NCBI GenBank assembly: GCA_024640245.1
Contig: JAHEFH010000002.1
Location: forward strand, 263 to 64,262
DNA from: Paracoccaceae bacterium
Lineage (GTDB): Bacteria > Pseudomonadota > Alphaproteobacteria > Rhodobacterales > Rhodobacteraceae
Direction: 5' to 3'
Length of the DNA stretch: 64,000 bases
In this document: piece by piece, positions 1 to 10,247 of the stretch
Numbering within the stretch: position 1 is the first letter of the stretch
Layout of the letters: each line of letters opens with the position of its first letter
Notes under the pieces: generated by a model
What the model was told of the DNA's origin: nothing
The model's input: the letters and a program-made list of their open reading frames with translations, nothing else
Database searches by the model: none
Program-made: the position numbers and the translations under genes

Positions 1-372
1 ATCGCTGACCCAGACGGCGGGGCTTTTTCCGGTCAACTGGACCAGTTCCAGTATCTGGTGCACCGCGCCGGTGCCGCCCGGCGTGGCTGCAAAGGACAGA
101 CGGCCGGAGTCCACGCTGTGTCCCAGAACCAGATCGGCCATCGTTTGATGGAATCCCGCGTCGCCGGTTAGCGACGTATAGGTTTTGGTATCCTCCATCT
201 CCCACAACTTCTTCTCTGCGGCCTTGACTGCGCGCATCACCGGCGTCAGGCCGTTCGGGTCCTTGTAGACGCCGACGCCGAGATCGATTTTGTGCTTGCG
301 CTCGTCGGCACGGTACAGTTTCGCCAGGCCGAGGATCTTATCTTCGGGTTGTGGTTGGAGGTTGTTCAGCAT
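1..372 (-). CDS. tyrB: Aromatic amino acid/aspartate aminotransferase (5' part; runs off window start)
   Basis: Not in ORF track. Hand translation from ATG at 372: MLNNLQPQPEDKILGL..YRADERKHKIDLGVGVYKDPNGLTPVMRAVKAAE, the typical AspC/TyrB N-terminus. Confidence 0.9.
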   Translation of the reverse strand, partial: MLNNLQPQPEDKILGLAKLYRADERKHKIDLGVGVYKDPNGLTPVMRAVKAAEKKLWEMEDTKTYTSLTGDAGFHQTMADLVLGHSVDSGRLSFAATPGGTGAVHQILELVQLTGKSPAVWVSD

Positions 373-413
373 CTTACTGTCCTTTTGCAGAGACTGTTTT
401 TTGAAATGCGGGT

Positions 414-1274
414 TCAGTCGGCTTTACCCGTCTCGATCGGTAATTCCCGGTTCTGGCCCCATTCGGTCCACGAGCCGTCGTAAATTGCCACGTCCCGGTG
501 CCCGAGCTTTTCCAGCGCCAGTGCCAGAACTGCCGCAGTTACGCCAGAGCCGCAAGAGGTAATTACAGGTTTGTTCAGGTCGACACCCGCTTCTTCAAAA
601 ACAGCGCGCAGTTCATCGTCTGATTTCAGTGTTCCGTCATCGGTGAGCAACGCCTTGAAGAAAACGTTGCGAGAGCCGGGGATATGACCGGAGCGCAGAC
701 CGGCGCGCGGTTCGGGCACTTCGCCGCGAAACCGTGCGGGCGCACGGGCATCGACGATCTGGGTGCCGTCGTCTCGGGTCGCCTGTAAAACCTGTTCGGC
801 AGAGCGCACGCGGCGCTCGTCCATGCGGGCGGTCAGGGTTGCGGGTCGCGGTGTCTCCGGTACGGTCGCCACGACACGGCCCTCGGCCATCCATTTCGGC
901 AGTCCGCCTTCGAGTACGGCCACATTTGAAATTCCCATGGCCCGCAGCAGCCACCAGACCCGGGCGGCTGAAAACAGGCCCTGCGTGTCGTAGACGACGA
1001 CGGCATTGTCCTGCCCGATACCCAGCGCCGCGACCTGACGGGCGAACTGTCCGGCGTCCGGAACCATATGCGGCAGGTCCGATGACTGGTCCGATGTCGC
1101 GTCGATGTCGAAAAACTGTGCCTGCGGAATGTGGCAGGACCGGAACTCCGCGCCGGGATCGCGATTGTCCGCCGGCATATGCCAGGACCCGTCCAGAATT
1201 CTTAGCGCGGGATCATCCAGATGCCGCTCAAGCCAATCCGTCGTGACCAGAAAATCAGCGGGGGTCAGGGGCAT
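414..1274 (-). CDS. sseA: 3-mercaptopyruvate sulfurtransferase (two-domain rhodanese)
   Basis: LVTTDWL, RSGHIPG, CGSGVTA active-site loop, YDGSWTEWG. Confidence 0.93.
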   Translation of the reverse strand: MPLTPADFLVTTDWLERHLDDPALRILDGSWHMPADNRDPGAEFRSCHIPQAQFFDIDATSDQSSDLPHMVPDAGQFARQVAALGIGQDNAVVVYDTQGLFSAARVWWLLRAMGISNVAVLEGGLPKWMAEGRVVATVPETPRPATLTARMDERRVRSAEQVLQATRDDGTQIVDARAPARFRGEVPEPRAGLRSGHIPGSRNVFFKALLTDDGTLKSDDELRAVFEEAGVDLNKPVITSCGSGVTAAVLALALEKLGHRDVAIYDGSWTEWGQNRELPIETGKAD

Positions 1275-1305
1275 GTGCGGTTCCTCTTTGAGTCGGGAAG
1301 GTCGG

Positions 1306-1785
1306 TTAACGGTGATCGCGCAGAAGGCGGGCCTTTTGCTTGGCCCAGTCGCGTTTCTTTTCAGTTTCGCGCTTGTCGGCCAGCTTCTTGCCCTTGGCGA
1401 TGCCCAGAAGCAGCTTGGCGATACCCTTGTCGTTGAAATACAGCTTCAGCGGCACGATCGTCATGCCCTCGCGGCTGGTATTCTGCCACAGCTTTGCCAA
1501 TTCGCGCTTGCTGACCAGCAGCTTGCGGTGACGGCGTTCTTCGTGGCCGAAGGTCTTGGCCTGCTCATAGGCGGGAATATAAGAGTTGATCAGCCACAGT
1601 TCGCCCTGTTCGACGTTGGCATAGCTTTCGGCGATATTGGCGTGGCCCTTGCGCAGGGATTTGACCTCGGACCCCAGCAGCATTATGCCGGCCTCGATCG
1701 TGTCCTCGATGGCATAGTCGTACCGGGCGCGCCGGTTCTCGGCGACCAGCTTGTTGTTCGGGTCAGATTTTTTGCCTTGTGCCAT
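1306..1785 (-). CDS. smpB: SsrA-binding protein SmpB
   Basis: [38 protein letters not shown]. Start moved to ATG 1785, which overlaps the upstream stop (TAATG). Confidence 0.97.
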   Translation of the reverse strand: MAQGKKSDPNNKLVAENRRARYDYAIEDTIEAGIMLLGSEVKSLRKGHANIAESYANVEQGELWLINSYIPAYEQAKTFGHEERRHRKLLVSKRELAKLWQNTSREGMTIVPLKLYFNDKGIAKLLLGIAKGKKLADKRETEKKRDWAKQKARLLRDHR

Positions 1786-2297
1786 TAGTCTGCTATTCGT
1801 TTTCCGGCCAGTGTCCGCATTTCCGCATCCGTAGGGGCTTCCCACAGCGATTCGATAAAGTCAAACATCTCGCGTGTGACCTCGAATTGAAAGGTCTCGG
1901 CTTTTTCGGCGTTTCGCTTCTGGACGCGGGACCAGCGAACCTCGGTCGGGACATCGATAAAATGCAGGCGCACCGGATAGCCATTTTCATTTGCCCAGCC
2001 CACGAAAATATCGCGTTCCTTCTTGTTTGTCAGGCCGCAGTCGAACACGGGCGGCACACCCAGCGGCACAAGTTGTCCGGCGATGTTTCGCATCTGGGTG
2101 CAGTTGCGCTGCACGCGGTCATAAAACCAGTCGAAGCGCAATTCGGGCGGCTGGTCCATATTGTGCAGAGTCTGCATCCACTCATCTATCGAAAACCGGA
2201 CGCCGCCGACGGACTTCGCCAGCGCCTCCGAATAGGTCGATTTGCCCGCGCCGGTAGCGCCGCAGACGAGGTGTATGTAGAAATCGCCGTCGGACAT
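1785..2297 (-). CDS. Small P-loop kinase/ATPase (AAA_33-like)
   Basis: Walker [10 protein letters not shown] near the N-terminus, SIDEW motif, RWSRVQKRN lid-like motif. Confidence 0.8.
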   Translation of the reverse strand: MSDGDFYIHLVCGATGAGKSTYSEALAKSVGGVRFSIDEWMQTLHNMDQPPELRFDWFYDRVQRNCTQMRNIAGQLVPLGVPPVFDCGLTNKKERDIFVGWANENGYPVRLHFIDVPTEVRWSRVQKRNAEKAETFQFEVTREMFDFIESLWEAPTDAEMRTLAGKRIAD

Positions 2298-2300
2298 TGC

Positions 2301-3173
2301 CTAGTCGATCAGCCCCGCGAAACGCATTGCCTCGTCGATCCGCTCCTTGGTGCCGTCGGTCAGGGGGGTCAGCGGCAAGCGGACCTCTTCGGAACAGCGG
2401 CCGAGTTTCGACAGGGCGTATTTCGCACCGCAAACACCGGGTTCCAGAAAGATCGCAGTGTGCAGAGGCATCAGCTGGTCCTGATAGTCCAGCGCCCTGG
2501 TGTAGTCGCCTTCCAGCGTTGCATTCTGGAATTCGGCGCATAGTTTCGGCGCAACGTTCGCGGTAACCGAAATACAGCCGACGCCGCCATGCGCGTTGAA
2601 GCCCAGCGCCGTCGCATCCTCGCCCGAGAGCTGGATGAAATCGGCGCCGCAGGTCGCGCGCTGTTCGCTGACCCGCTCGAGCTTGCCGGTCGCGTCTTTC
2701 ACGCCGATGATATTCTGGAGCTTGGCGAGTTCGCCCATCGTGCCGGGCATCATGTCGATGACCGAGCGGCCCGGAATGTTGTAGATGATGATCGGAATGC
2801 CGATATCGTTCAGCGCCGAGTAATGCGCGATCAGGCCGGCCTGGGTCGGCTTGTTGTAATAGGGTGTGACCACCAGCGCCGCGTCGGCGCCGACATCCTT
2901 GGCAAACCGGACCAGCCGCTGCGCCTCGAGCGTGTTGTTCGATCCGGCGCCGGCGATTACCGGAACGCGGCCTGCTGCGGTTTCAACAACCAGACGGATC
3001 GTGGCCTCGTGCTCTTCGTGGCTGAGCGTCGGGCTTTCACCCGTCGTGCCGACCGGAACCAGTCCGTGCGAGCCTTCCGCAATCTGCCATTCCACCAGAT
3101 TCTTGAGGGTCGCATCGTCAACCTTGCCGTTTTTCATCGGCGTGACGAGTGCTGGCATTGAACCTTGAAACAT
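2301..3173 (-). CDS. dapA: 4-hydroxy-tetrahydrodipicolinate synthase
   Basis: [29 protein letters not shown]. Confidence 0.97.
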   Translation of the reverse strand: MFQGSMPALVTPMKNGKVDDATLKNLVEWQIAEGSHGLVPVGTTGESPTLSHEEHEATIRLVVETAAGRVPVIAGAGSNNTLEAQRLVRFAKDVGADAALVVTPYYNKPTQAGLIAHYSALNDIGIPIIIYNIPGRSVIDMMPGTMGELAKLQNIIGVKDATGKLERVSEQRATCGADFIQLSGEDATALGFNAHGGVGCISVTANVAPKLCAEFQNATLEGDYTRALDYQDQLMPLHTAIFLEPGVCGAKYALSKLGRCSEEVRLPLTPLTDGTKERIDEAMRFAGLID

Positions 3174-3320
3174 AGGAAACCCTCCTTGAAATGGTGAATC
3201 GTTGCTTCCTTACAGGGAAACGAGCGAAACGTAACGGTGAAAATTAAAATTACCAATATCAGTCTAGGAAAATCGCCGGAATTTCGATATCAAGAGACCT
3301 GATTTTCAGCGAGGCTGAAC

Positions 3321-5276
3321 GTGTATCGGCAATTTTGTCTGTTCCTGTGTACCTTGGTGCTGTGCTTTGCGCCCGTTTCGGTGTTTTCCAAATCACAAGA
3401 GGAAAACGGCGACCTGTTATCCTCCGCGCTGGCGGCCATGGCCCAGAAAGACTGGGTGACGGCCGGACACCTTGCCGCCCAGATCAGCGATCCCGTCGCG
3501 TCTGACCTGGTGGTCTGGGAACGGCTGCGCCAGAGCGAGGGCAGCTGGGATGAATACGAGAAATTTCTGGCAGGGCATGCGGACTGGCCCGGGCTGGCCC
3601 GGTTGCGCCGTGCGGGCGAGGAAGTGATCCCGCGCGACCACGATCCTGCCAGTGTAAGGCGTTTTTTTGAGGGCAACCCGCCGCAGACCGGCACCGGATC
3701 GTTGCGACTGGCCGAGGCTCTGCAATCGCAGGGCCGGACAGCCGACGCCCGTGCCGAAGTAATTCGCGCATGGCGCGACATGTCGCTGCAACCGCACGAA
3801 GAGGCGGAGTTGCTGGACCGCTTTGGCGGGGTGCTCTCGCGCTATCATCAGGACAGGCTCGACAACCTGCTGTGGGACGGCCAGACCCGCGCCGCCGAGA
3901 GAATTCTGGGACTTGTCACCGATCCGCAGGCCAGATTGGCCAAAGCGCGGATCGGACTTCAGCGCGCGGTCAAGGGCGTGGACGGATTGATAAATTCCGT
4001 ACCCAAGAGCTTCTCCGACGATCCGGGCCTGGCATTCGACCGGTTCATGTGGCGCGTCAAGAAAGAGCGTTGGGATGAAGCCGAGGCGCTGCTGCTTGAA
4101 CGCAGCGGCACGGTCGAATCGTTGGGCCGCCCCGAAAGCTGGTCGAACCGGCGGCGCGGTTTTGCGCGGCGCGCCATGCGGGCCGGAGACGCAAATCTTG
4201 CCTATCTTCTGGCCAGCCAGCACGGGCTTACCTCGGGCGAGAATTATGCAGATCTGGAGTGGCTGTCAGGCTATATCGCGCTGACCTATCTGAAATCTCC
4301 TGAACAGGCGCTGACGCATTTCACCCGTTTCCAGAACGCGGTGGATTCTCCGATCAGCCTCGGGCGCGCCGGCTACTGGGTCGGGCGCGCCTACGAGGCG
4401 CTGGGGCAAGGTAAGGAGGCCATTCAGGCATACAAACTCGGCGCGGGTTTCCAGACCAGCTTCTACGGGCAGCTGGCGGCGGAGCGTATCGACGTGTCCT
4501 CGGATGCCAGCCTGACCGGAAAGGCCGATTTCCCGAATTGGCGCAAAGCCGGATTTGTCAGTTCCGGCCCGATCCGCGCGGCACTGTTGCTGAACCATGC
4601 GCAGGAACAGCAGATGATGCGCTGGTTTTTTACCCATGTCGCCGAGACACTCGACCAGACCGGCCTCTTGCAGCTGTCTCAACTGGCGTTGGAGCTTGAC
4701 CGGCCGCACGTTGCGCTGGGCGTCGCCAAAGAGGCCGCGAAGCGCGGCATCGTCCTGCCGGAATCCTATTTTCCGGTCACCGATCTGGCGACTTATTCCG
4801 TCGACGTCGATCCGGAAGTCGCGATGTCGATCGCGCGCCGCGAAAGCGAGTTGAACGAGGCAGCCGTCAGCCCCGCCGGCGCGCAGGGCCTGATGCAGAT
4901 CATGCCGGGAACCGCGCGCGACGTGTCACGCGATCTGGGTATCGAGTATTCCAAGGCGCGGCTGACGTCCGACTGGCGTTATAACGCCAGACTAGGTACC
5001 GCCTACCTGGGCAGCTTGCTGAAACTGTACGACGGATCCTACCTGCTGGCCTTCGCCGCCTATAATGCAGGACCGAACCGCGTGGCTGAATGGATCGAGG
5101 AATACGGAGATCCGCGCGACAGCGTCATCGATAAAGTCAACTGGGTCGAACATATCCCCTATCGGGAAACCCGTGACTATGTGATGCGCGTGATGGAATC
5201 GCTGCACGTCTATCGCGCCCGTCTGAGCGGCCGCGCACAGCCGCTGCGGATCACGCAGGATATGTCACGCGGCTGA
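3321..5276 (+). CDS. Soluble lytic transglycosylase Slt70-like
   Basis: Signal peptide, helical repeats, ARRESE catalytic Glu, GLMQIMP, AAYNAGP, IPYRETRDYV. Confidence 0.92.
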   Translation: MYRQFCLFLCTLVLCFAPVSVFSKSQEENGDLLSSALAAMAQKDWVTAGHLAAQISDPVASDLVVWERLRQSEGSWDEYEKFLAGHADWPGLARLRRAGEEVIPRDHDPASVRRFFEGNPPQTGTGSLRLAEALQSQGRTADARAEVIRAWRDMSLQPHEEAELLDRFGGVLSRYHQDRLDNLLWDGQTRAAERILGLVTDPQARLAKARIGLQRAVKGVDGLINSVPKSFSDDPGLAFDRFMWRVKKERWDEAEALLLERSGTVESLGRPESWSNRRRGFARRAMRAGDANLAYLLASQHGLTSGENYADLEWLSGYIALTYLKSPEQALTHFTRFQNAVDSPISLGRAGYWVGRAYEALGQGKEAIQAYKLGAGFQTSFYGQLAAERIDVSSDASLTGKADFPNWRKAGFVSSGPIRAALLLNHAQEQQMMRWFFTHVAETLDQTGLLQLSQLALELDRPHVALGVAKEAAKRGIVLPESYFPVTDLATYSVDVDPEVAMSIARRESELNEAAVSPAGAQGLMQIMPGTARDVSRDLGIEYSKARLTSDWRYNARLGTAYLGSLLKLYDGSYLLAFAAYNAGPNRVAEWIEEYGDPRDSVIDKVNWVEHIPYRETRDYVMRVMESLHVYRARLSGRAQPLRITQDMSRG

Positions 5277-6131
5277 GCGTTCGCGAAAGATCGTGAACAT
5301 TCCTGCCAGTATGATCAGCCCGCCGCCCAGCACAGTTGGCCAGCGCAGGGACTCGTCGAATACCGTCAGGCCGATGGTCGAGGCAAAGACCAGTTGCAGA
5401 TAGGCGAAGGGCTGCACGACGCCTGCCTCTGCCACCGCATAGCATCTGATCAGGCTGTAGTGCCCCGCAGCGCCGGTGACGCAGAGCGCGCCCATCCAGT
5501 ACCAGTCCGACAGGATCATCGGTTCCCAGAACCATACGCCGATAAAGGTCATGGCGACCGACCCGACGGCGCCTGTCCAGAAAAAGCTGGTCGCCGCGGT
5601 GTCCTTGCGGGCCGCGTAACGGGTAAGCAGGCCGTAAAGTGCGAACAGAACGGCCGAAACGAACGGGATAAGCGCGTAAGGGCTGAAGACATGCACGCCC
5701 GGTTGCAGGATGATGATCATGCCGATGCAACCGACGCCGATGGCGGTCCAGCGCCGCCAGCCCACCTTTTCGCCCAGGACCGGCCCCGACAGAGCCGCGA
5801 TCACCAAGGGATAGCCCGCGAAAATCGCATGGCTCTCGACCAGCCCGAGATAGACGAAACCTGCGATCATGATGCAGATCTCTGTGATCAGCAACAATCC
5901 GCGAAAGGTTTGAAGCAGCGGCTGTTTCGTCGCCACAACCTGCCGCAACCCGCCGAACTGGACCTGCGCCAATGCGATGACGAAAGCTCCGAAAAACCAA
6001 TAGCGGATCATCACCACCATGAAGATATTGTATTCGGACGCCAGGTGCCGCGAAATGCCGTCCTGTACGGCGAAGATGAATGTCGCGGCAATCATCAGTA
6101 TAATGCCCTGACGGGCATTCTGTTCATTCAT
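5265..6131 (-). CDS. DMT/EamA family transporter
   Basis: About 10 hydrophobic segments; LGEKVGWRRW and GGGLII motifs. Confidence 0.88.
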   Translation of the reverse strand: MNEQNARQGIILMIAATFIFAVQDGISRHLASEYNIFMVVMIRYWFFGAFVIALAQVQFGGLRQVVATKQPLLQTFRGLLLITEICIMIAGFVYLGLVESHAIFAGYPLVIAALSGPVLGEKVGWRRWTAIGVGCIGMIIILQPGVHVFSPYALIPFVSAVLFALYGLLTRYAARKDTAATSFFWTGAVGSVAMTFIGVWFWEPMILSDWYWMGALCVTGAAGHYSLIRCYAVAEAGVVQPFAYLQLVFASTIGLTVFDESLRWPTVLGGGLIILAGMFTIFRERSAA

Positions 6132-6823
6132 GGTCTGTGGCCTTGGTATGTTCCGACGGTCATGTGACGTTTACGACCGAATCCGGCCACCTTCATGACG
6201 TCAAAACCAGCGTTTGCCAAGGACAGTCTGACATGCCCCGCCGCGCTGTAGGTGGCGAGGGTGCCTTCCGGCTCCGTGTGCCGTCCCACCGCAGCCAACA
6301 GGTCGGCGCCCCAGAGTTCCGGATTCTTGGCGGGGCTGAACCCGTCGAGGAACCAAGCGTCAGCCGATCCGGTCCAGTCCGGCAGAGTTTCCCGCGCATC
6401 GCCAAGGATGATTTCGAGCCGGACATCCCCGGTTTCCAGAACTGCCTGACCCTCAGAGGCCATGCGCAGAAGGGGTGCAGCCAGTTCCGCCAATTCCGGC
6501 CAGTTTTCCAGCGCCCGGGACATGTCTTCGGCCCGCATCGGGAACGCCTCGAAACTGGTGAAGTGGAGCGTCCCTTTGGTGCCGCTTTCGCGCCACATCT
6601 GCCGTGCGGCGAGGAAATTCAGGCCGGTTCCGAAGCCCAGTTCGGCGATCCGGAACCCGTCGCGGAACCGCTCCGGCAGGCGGTTACCGGCCAGGAACAC
6701 ATGCCGCGTTTCATCCAGTCCGTTATCGACCGAATAATAGGGGTCGTCGAAACGGGTCGCGATGGGCACGCGGTCCTCGCGCCATGTCAGTTGCGCGGAT
6801 TGTGTCTGGTCGGAACTTGCCAT
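6128..6823 (-). CDS. mnmD: tRNA mnm5s2U34 methyltransferase, stand-alone MnmC N-terminal (MnmD) domain
   Basis: FDDPYYS, ELGFGTGLNFL, FTSFE, WFLDGFSPAKNPELW, ATYSAAG, GFGRKRHM. Real start taken as ATG 6823; the upstream part of the track ORF is spurious. Confidence 0.9.
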   Translation of the reverse strand: MASSDQTQSAQLTWREDRVPIATRFDDPYYSVDNGLDETRHVFLAGNRLPERFRDGFRIAELGFGTGLNFLAARQMWRESGTKGTLHFTSFEAFPMRAEDMSRALENWPELAELAAPLLRMASEGQAVLETGDVRLEIILGDARETLPDWTGSADAWFLDGFSPAKNPELWGADLLAAVGRHTEPEGTLATYSAAGHVRLSLANAGFDVMKVAGFGRKRHMTVGTYQGHRP

Positions 6824-6873
6824 ATCGCCTATGACCTCGGGAAATTCACGCCAACATAAGAGGTAATGCGCAA

Positions 6874-7971
6874 ATGGCAATGGCTGGAACATGGGACATT
6901 GCAGTGGTCGGCGGCGGCATATTCGGCCTCGCTTGTGCCTATAGTTGCGCACGACGCGGTCTGCGGGTGGCGCTGTTCGACAAGGGGCGTACAGGCGGCA
7001 AGGCAAGCGGCGGCATCGTCGGCGCCATGGCCCCGCATGTGCCGGAGCAATGGAATCCGAAAAAACAGTTCCAGTTCGAGGCGCTTTGCAGTGCGGATGG
7101 ATTCTGGTCCGAGGTTGACGCGGCTTCCGGCCTGTCCTCGGGCTTTGGCCGGATCGGACGGTTGGTACCGGTGATTGACGAACGCGGCTTGGAACTGGCG
7201 CTGTCGCGGCGGCAGGGCGCTGCGGAACTGTGGGGTGACCGGTTCGACTGGACCCATCTGCCGGAAGGACACGACCTGATCGCCGCGAAGGCCGCGCCAT
7301 TCGGGGTGGTGCGTGACACGTTGTCAGGGCGTATTTATCCGGCACTGGCTTGCGCTTCACTGCGCGCGGCGTTCGTTGCGGTGGGCGGTGAAGTTTTCGA
7401 GGGCCATGCAGTGGACGAGATTTCCTCAGGCCGGATCGCGGGCCCGTGGGGTGTCGTGTCTGCCGAAAAAGTCATCCTTGCCTCGGGTGTCGAAGGTTTT
7501 GCCATGATAGAACGCTGGACCGGACGCCGCGCCGGATCGGGCGTCAAAGGGCAAGCGGCCCTGCTGGAGTGCGATCTGGGGTCCGCGCCGCAGATCTATG
7601 CCGACGGTATCTACATTGTGCCGCATGCGAACGGGACGGTGGCGGTGGGGTCCACCAGCGAGAACACGTTCGCTGACGCCACGACGACGGACGGGCAACT
7701 CGACGATATACTTTTTCGTGCACGCGCCATTTGCCCGGTCCTTCAGGCGGTTATCGTGAAACAGCGCTGGGCCGGTCTTCGCCCCAAGGCGCGCCGCCGC
7801 GATCCGATGCTTGGGCCTGTGCCGGGACAGGACGGCGTTCTGGCCGCGATGGGCGCTTTCAAGATCGGGTTTGGCATAGCGCACAAGGTCGGGGAAGTTT
7901 TGGCGGATTTTGCAACGGACGTGCCGGTGGACCTGCCTGACAGCTTCACCGTCGGGCACCATATTTCCTAG
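6874..7971 (+). CDS. FAD-dependent oxidoreductase (DAO/glycine oxidase family, MnmC C-terminal-like)
   Basis: VVGGGIFG dinucleotide motif, ASGGIVG, WAGLRP, KIGFG. Confidence 0.85.
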   Translation: MAMAGTWDIAVVGGGIFGLACAYSCARRGLRVALFDKGRTGGKASGGIVGAMAPHVPEQWNPKKQFQFEALCSADGFWSEVDAASGLSSGFGRIGRLVPVIDERGLELALSRRQGAAELWGDRFDWTHLPEGHDLIAAKAAPFGVVRDTLSGRIYPALACASLRAAFVAVGGEVFEGHAVDEISSGRIAGPWGVVSAEKVILASGVEGFAMIERWTGRRAGSGVKGQAALLECDLGSAPQIYADGIYIVPHANGTVAVGSTSENTFADATTTDGQLDDILFRARAICPVLQAVIVKQRWAGLRPKARRRDPMLGPVPGQDGVLAAMGAFKIGFGIAHKVGEVLADFATDVPVDLPDSFTVGHHIS

Positions 7972-8522
7972 GTCCGCTCCGCCTCGGTCCGCAAATCTTC
8001 CATCAGCGAGGTCAGCACTTTCAGGTAGCGTTCGTTTTCCAGGTTGCCGTGTTCATCGAATTCCTTGCGGGCCATTGCGACCAGAACCTCCGGCCCCTGC
8101 AACAGGCGCGTGTTGAACGGCGCCAAGGCCAGCCGCAGCGAATAGTTCGCCCGTGCGCCGCCGGTGCGACCGGCGGCGGCGTTGATGATCGCAACGGGCT
8201 TGTGCTTCCACGGGCTACCTTCGGTCCGGCTCACCCAGTCGAGCGCGTTTTTCAGCACACCCGGCAGGCTCTGGTTGTATTCGGGACTGGCGATGATCAC
8301 GGCGTCCGCCGCAGCGATCTGGTCCGAAAGGGTCTGCACCTCGGCCGGAATGCCTTCCGATTGCTGCAGATCGTTGTCAAACAGCGGGAACCGGATATTG
8401 GCAAAAGTGAATTCGCTGGGCCCGAACATCCCCGCCGCCAAATGCAGAAGCTTGGTGTTGTAGGATTCTTTTCGCAGTGATCCGGAAATTCCCAGAAGTT
8501 TGAGCGTTTTCATTCGGGCCAT
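7968..8522 (-). CDS. NADPH-dependent FMN reductase
   Basis: ISGSLRKESYN, SPEYNQSLPGVLKNALDWVSR. Confidence 0.92.
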   Translation of the reverse strand: MARMKTLKLLGISGSLRKESYNTKLLHLAAGMFGPSEFTFANIRFPLFDNDLQQSEGIPAEVQTLSDQIAAADAVIIASPEYNQSLPGVLKNALDWVSRTEGSPWKHKPVAIINAAAGRTGGARANYSLRLALAPFNTRLLQGPEVLVAMARKEFDEHGNLENERYLKVLTSLMEDLRTEAERT

Positions 8523-8616
8523 TGTCCTTTGCGCCTGTAGCCGGTCGGGTTCCCCCATAACATGGAGGGAAACCCGGCTTTGGCAAATGGCGATCGCAAG
8601 ACTTCTTGCCGCCTGC

Positions 8617-8910
8617 TCATTTGGGCCTGTTTGTCTCTACGATTTCGAGGATCTTGGTGATCCATTCGCCCAGCAACGGAATGAAATCGACGTGGCTGAC
8701 CATCTGCGAAAGGATCGATATCACGATATACACGATCACAGTCGCACCGACCAGCGAGCCGAAGCCGAAAGACATGCCGCGCACGACGTTGTACCAGACC
8801 ATGCGCGCCCAGCTGTTCTGGGTGCGCATGAAATGATGCTCGCTGATGCGCTTGATCTCGGTCAGCAGCGGGTCTTCGTCCGGATCGACAAGCTTGGGTT
8901 TGCGGGCCAT
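8617..8910 (-). CDS. Small membrane protein, DUF5665-like
   Basis: VRGMSFGFGSLVGAT ... IPLLGEWI pattern; start overlaps cobO stop (TGATG). Confidence 0.65.
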   Translation of the reverse strand: MARKPKLVDPDEDPLLTEIKRISEHHFMRTQNSWARMVWYNVVRGMSFGFGSLVGATVIVYIVISILSQMVSHVDFIPLLGEWITKILEIVETNRPK

Positions 8911-9518
8911 CAATACTCCACTCCGATCTGCGCCTTGATGCCGGACCGGAACGGGTGCTTGACCAGTTCCATCTCGGTTACCAGATCGGCGATTTCGATC
9001 AGCTCGTCCTTGGCGTTGCGCCCGGTAAGAACGACATGCGTCATCTCGGGTTTTTCCTCGTTCAGGAATTTCACCACGTCGTTGATGTCGATGTAGTCAT
9101 AGCGGATCGCGATGTTGATCTCGTCCAACAGGACCATGGAATTTGACGGATCGCGGATCAGTTCCTTGGCCTTGGCCCATGCGGCCTGCGCCATTTCCGT
9201 GTCGCGGGTCTTGTCCTGGGTCTCCCAGGTGAAGCCCTCGCCCATGGTGTGGAATTCGCACTGGTCGGAAAATTTCGACAGGATCAGGTCGCGCTCTCCA
9301 GTGCTCATGCCGCCCTTGATGAACTGGACCACGGCGCATTTCAGCCCATGCGCGATATGGCGGAAGATCATGCCGAAGGCGGCCGAGGACTTGCCCTTGC
9401 CCTTACCGGTATGAACGATGATCAGACCTTTCTTTTCGGTCTTCGTCGCCATGATCTTGTCGCGCGCGGCCTTTTTCTTGGCCATTTTCATCGCGTGGCG
9501 TTCAGTGTCTTCGGTCAT
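8910..9518 (-). CDS. cobO: Cob(I)alamin adenosyltransferase
   Basis: GKGKGKSSAAFG, VQFIKG, GEGFTW, LLDEIN, TGRNA, KHPFRSG. Confidence 0.96.
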   Translation of the reverse strand: MTEDTERHAMKMAKKKAARDKIMATKTEKKGLIIVHTGKGKGKSSAAFGMIFRHIAHGLKCAVVQFIKGGMSTGERDLILSKFSDQCEFHTMGEGFTWETQDKTRDTEMAQAAWAKAKELIRDPSNSMVLLDEINIAIRYDYIDINDVVKFLNEEKPEMTHVVLTGRNAKDELIEIADLVTEMELVKHPFRSGIKAQIGVEY

Positions 9519-9530
9519 GCGGTCCGCTCC

Positions 9531-10247
9531 CTAGAATAACAGTTTGACGATTATAGGGGCTAATATTGCGGTTGCCAGCGCATTCAGCCCCATGCCGGTT
9601 CCAGCGAAAGCGCCGGCCTCTTCGTTGACCTGAAAGGCCCGCGCCGTCCCAATGCCGTGACTGGCGATGCCGGTGGCAAATCCGCGTGCGCGCCAGTCCC
9701 TGATCCGCAGCAGGTTCAGCAGCGGCGTGGCGATGATCGCGCCGGTGATCCCCGTCAGGATGACAAGCACCGCGGTCAGGGTCGGCGATCCGCCGATGCT
9801 CTCGGAAATACCCATGGCCACCGGAGCAGTCACGGATTTCGGCGCCAGCGACAGCAGCACGTCCGGACTTACGCCCATGGCCCAGCCGATGCCGAGTGCA
9901 CTGAGGATCGCAGTCGTGGACCCGGCAATAAGCGCCACGGTCATCGGTACCAGCGATTTGCGCACCGATTTCAGGTTTGTATAGAGCGGAACAGCCAGAC
10001 AGATTGTCGCCGGTCCAAGCATGAAATGCACGAATTTGGCACCCTCGAAATAGGACTCATAGGGCGTCCGGCTAGCGAACAGGGTCAACGCCAGCAAGAT
10101 CACCGCGATTAGCACCGGATTGACCCATGGCCTGCGACCGCTGGCCTTGTAGAGTGCGTCGCCGACGGCATAGGCCGCCAGTGTAGCGGTAAGCCACAGC
10201 AGCGGTTCTCTTGAAAGGTAGGTCCAGATATCGACGAAGTCAGTCAT
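9531..10247 (-). CDS. lrgB: LrgB/CidB family membrane protein
   Basis: LGPATICLAVPLY, SLAPKSVTAPVA, SHGIGTARA. Confidence 0.92.
   Translation of the reverse strand: MTDFVDIWTYLSREPLLWLTATLAAYAVGDALYKASGRRPWVNPVLIAVILLALTLFASRTPYESYFEGAKFVHFMLGPATICLAVPLYTNLKSVRKSLVPMTVALIAGSTTAILSALGIGWAMGVSPDVLLSLAPKSVTAPVAMGISESIGGSPTLTAVLVILTGITGAIIATPLLNLLRIRDWRARGFATGIASHGIGTARAFQVNEEAGAFAGTGMGLNALATAILAPIIVKLLF

Noticed and set aside
6824-7360. N-terminal 179-aa extension of the mnmD ORF in the track
   Set aside because: Overlaps the real FAD oxidoreductase on the other strand and is low-complexity Pro/Arg sequence; homology starts at Met 6823.
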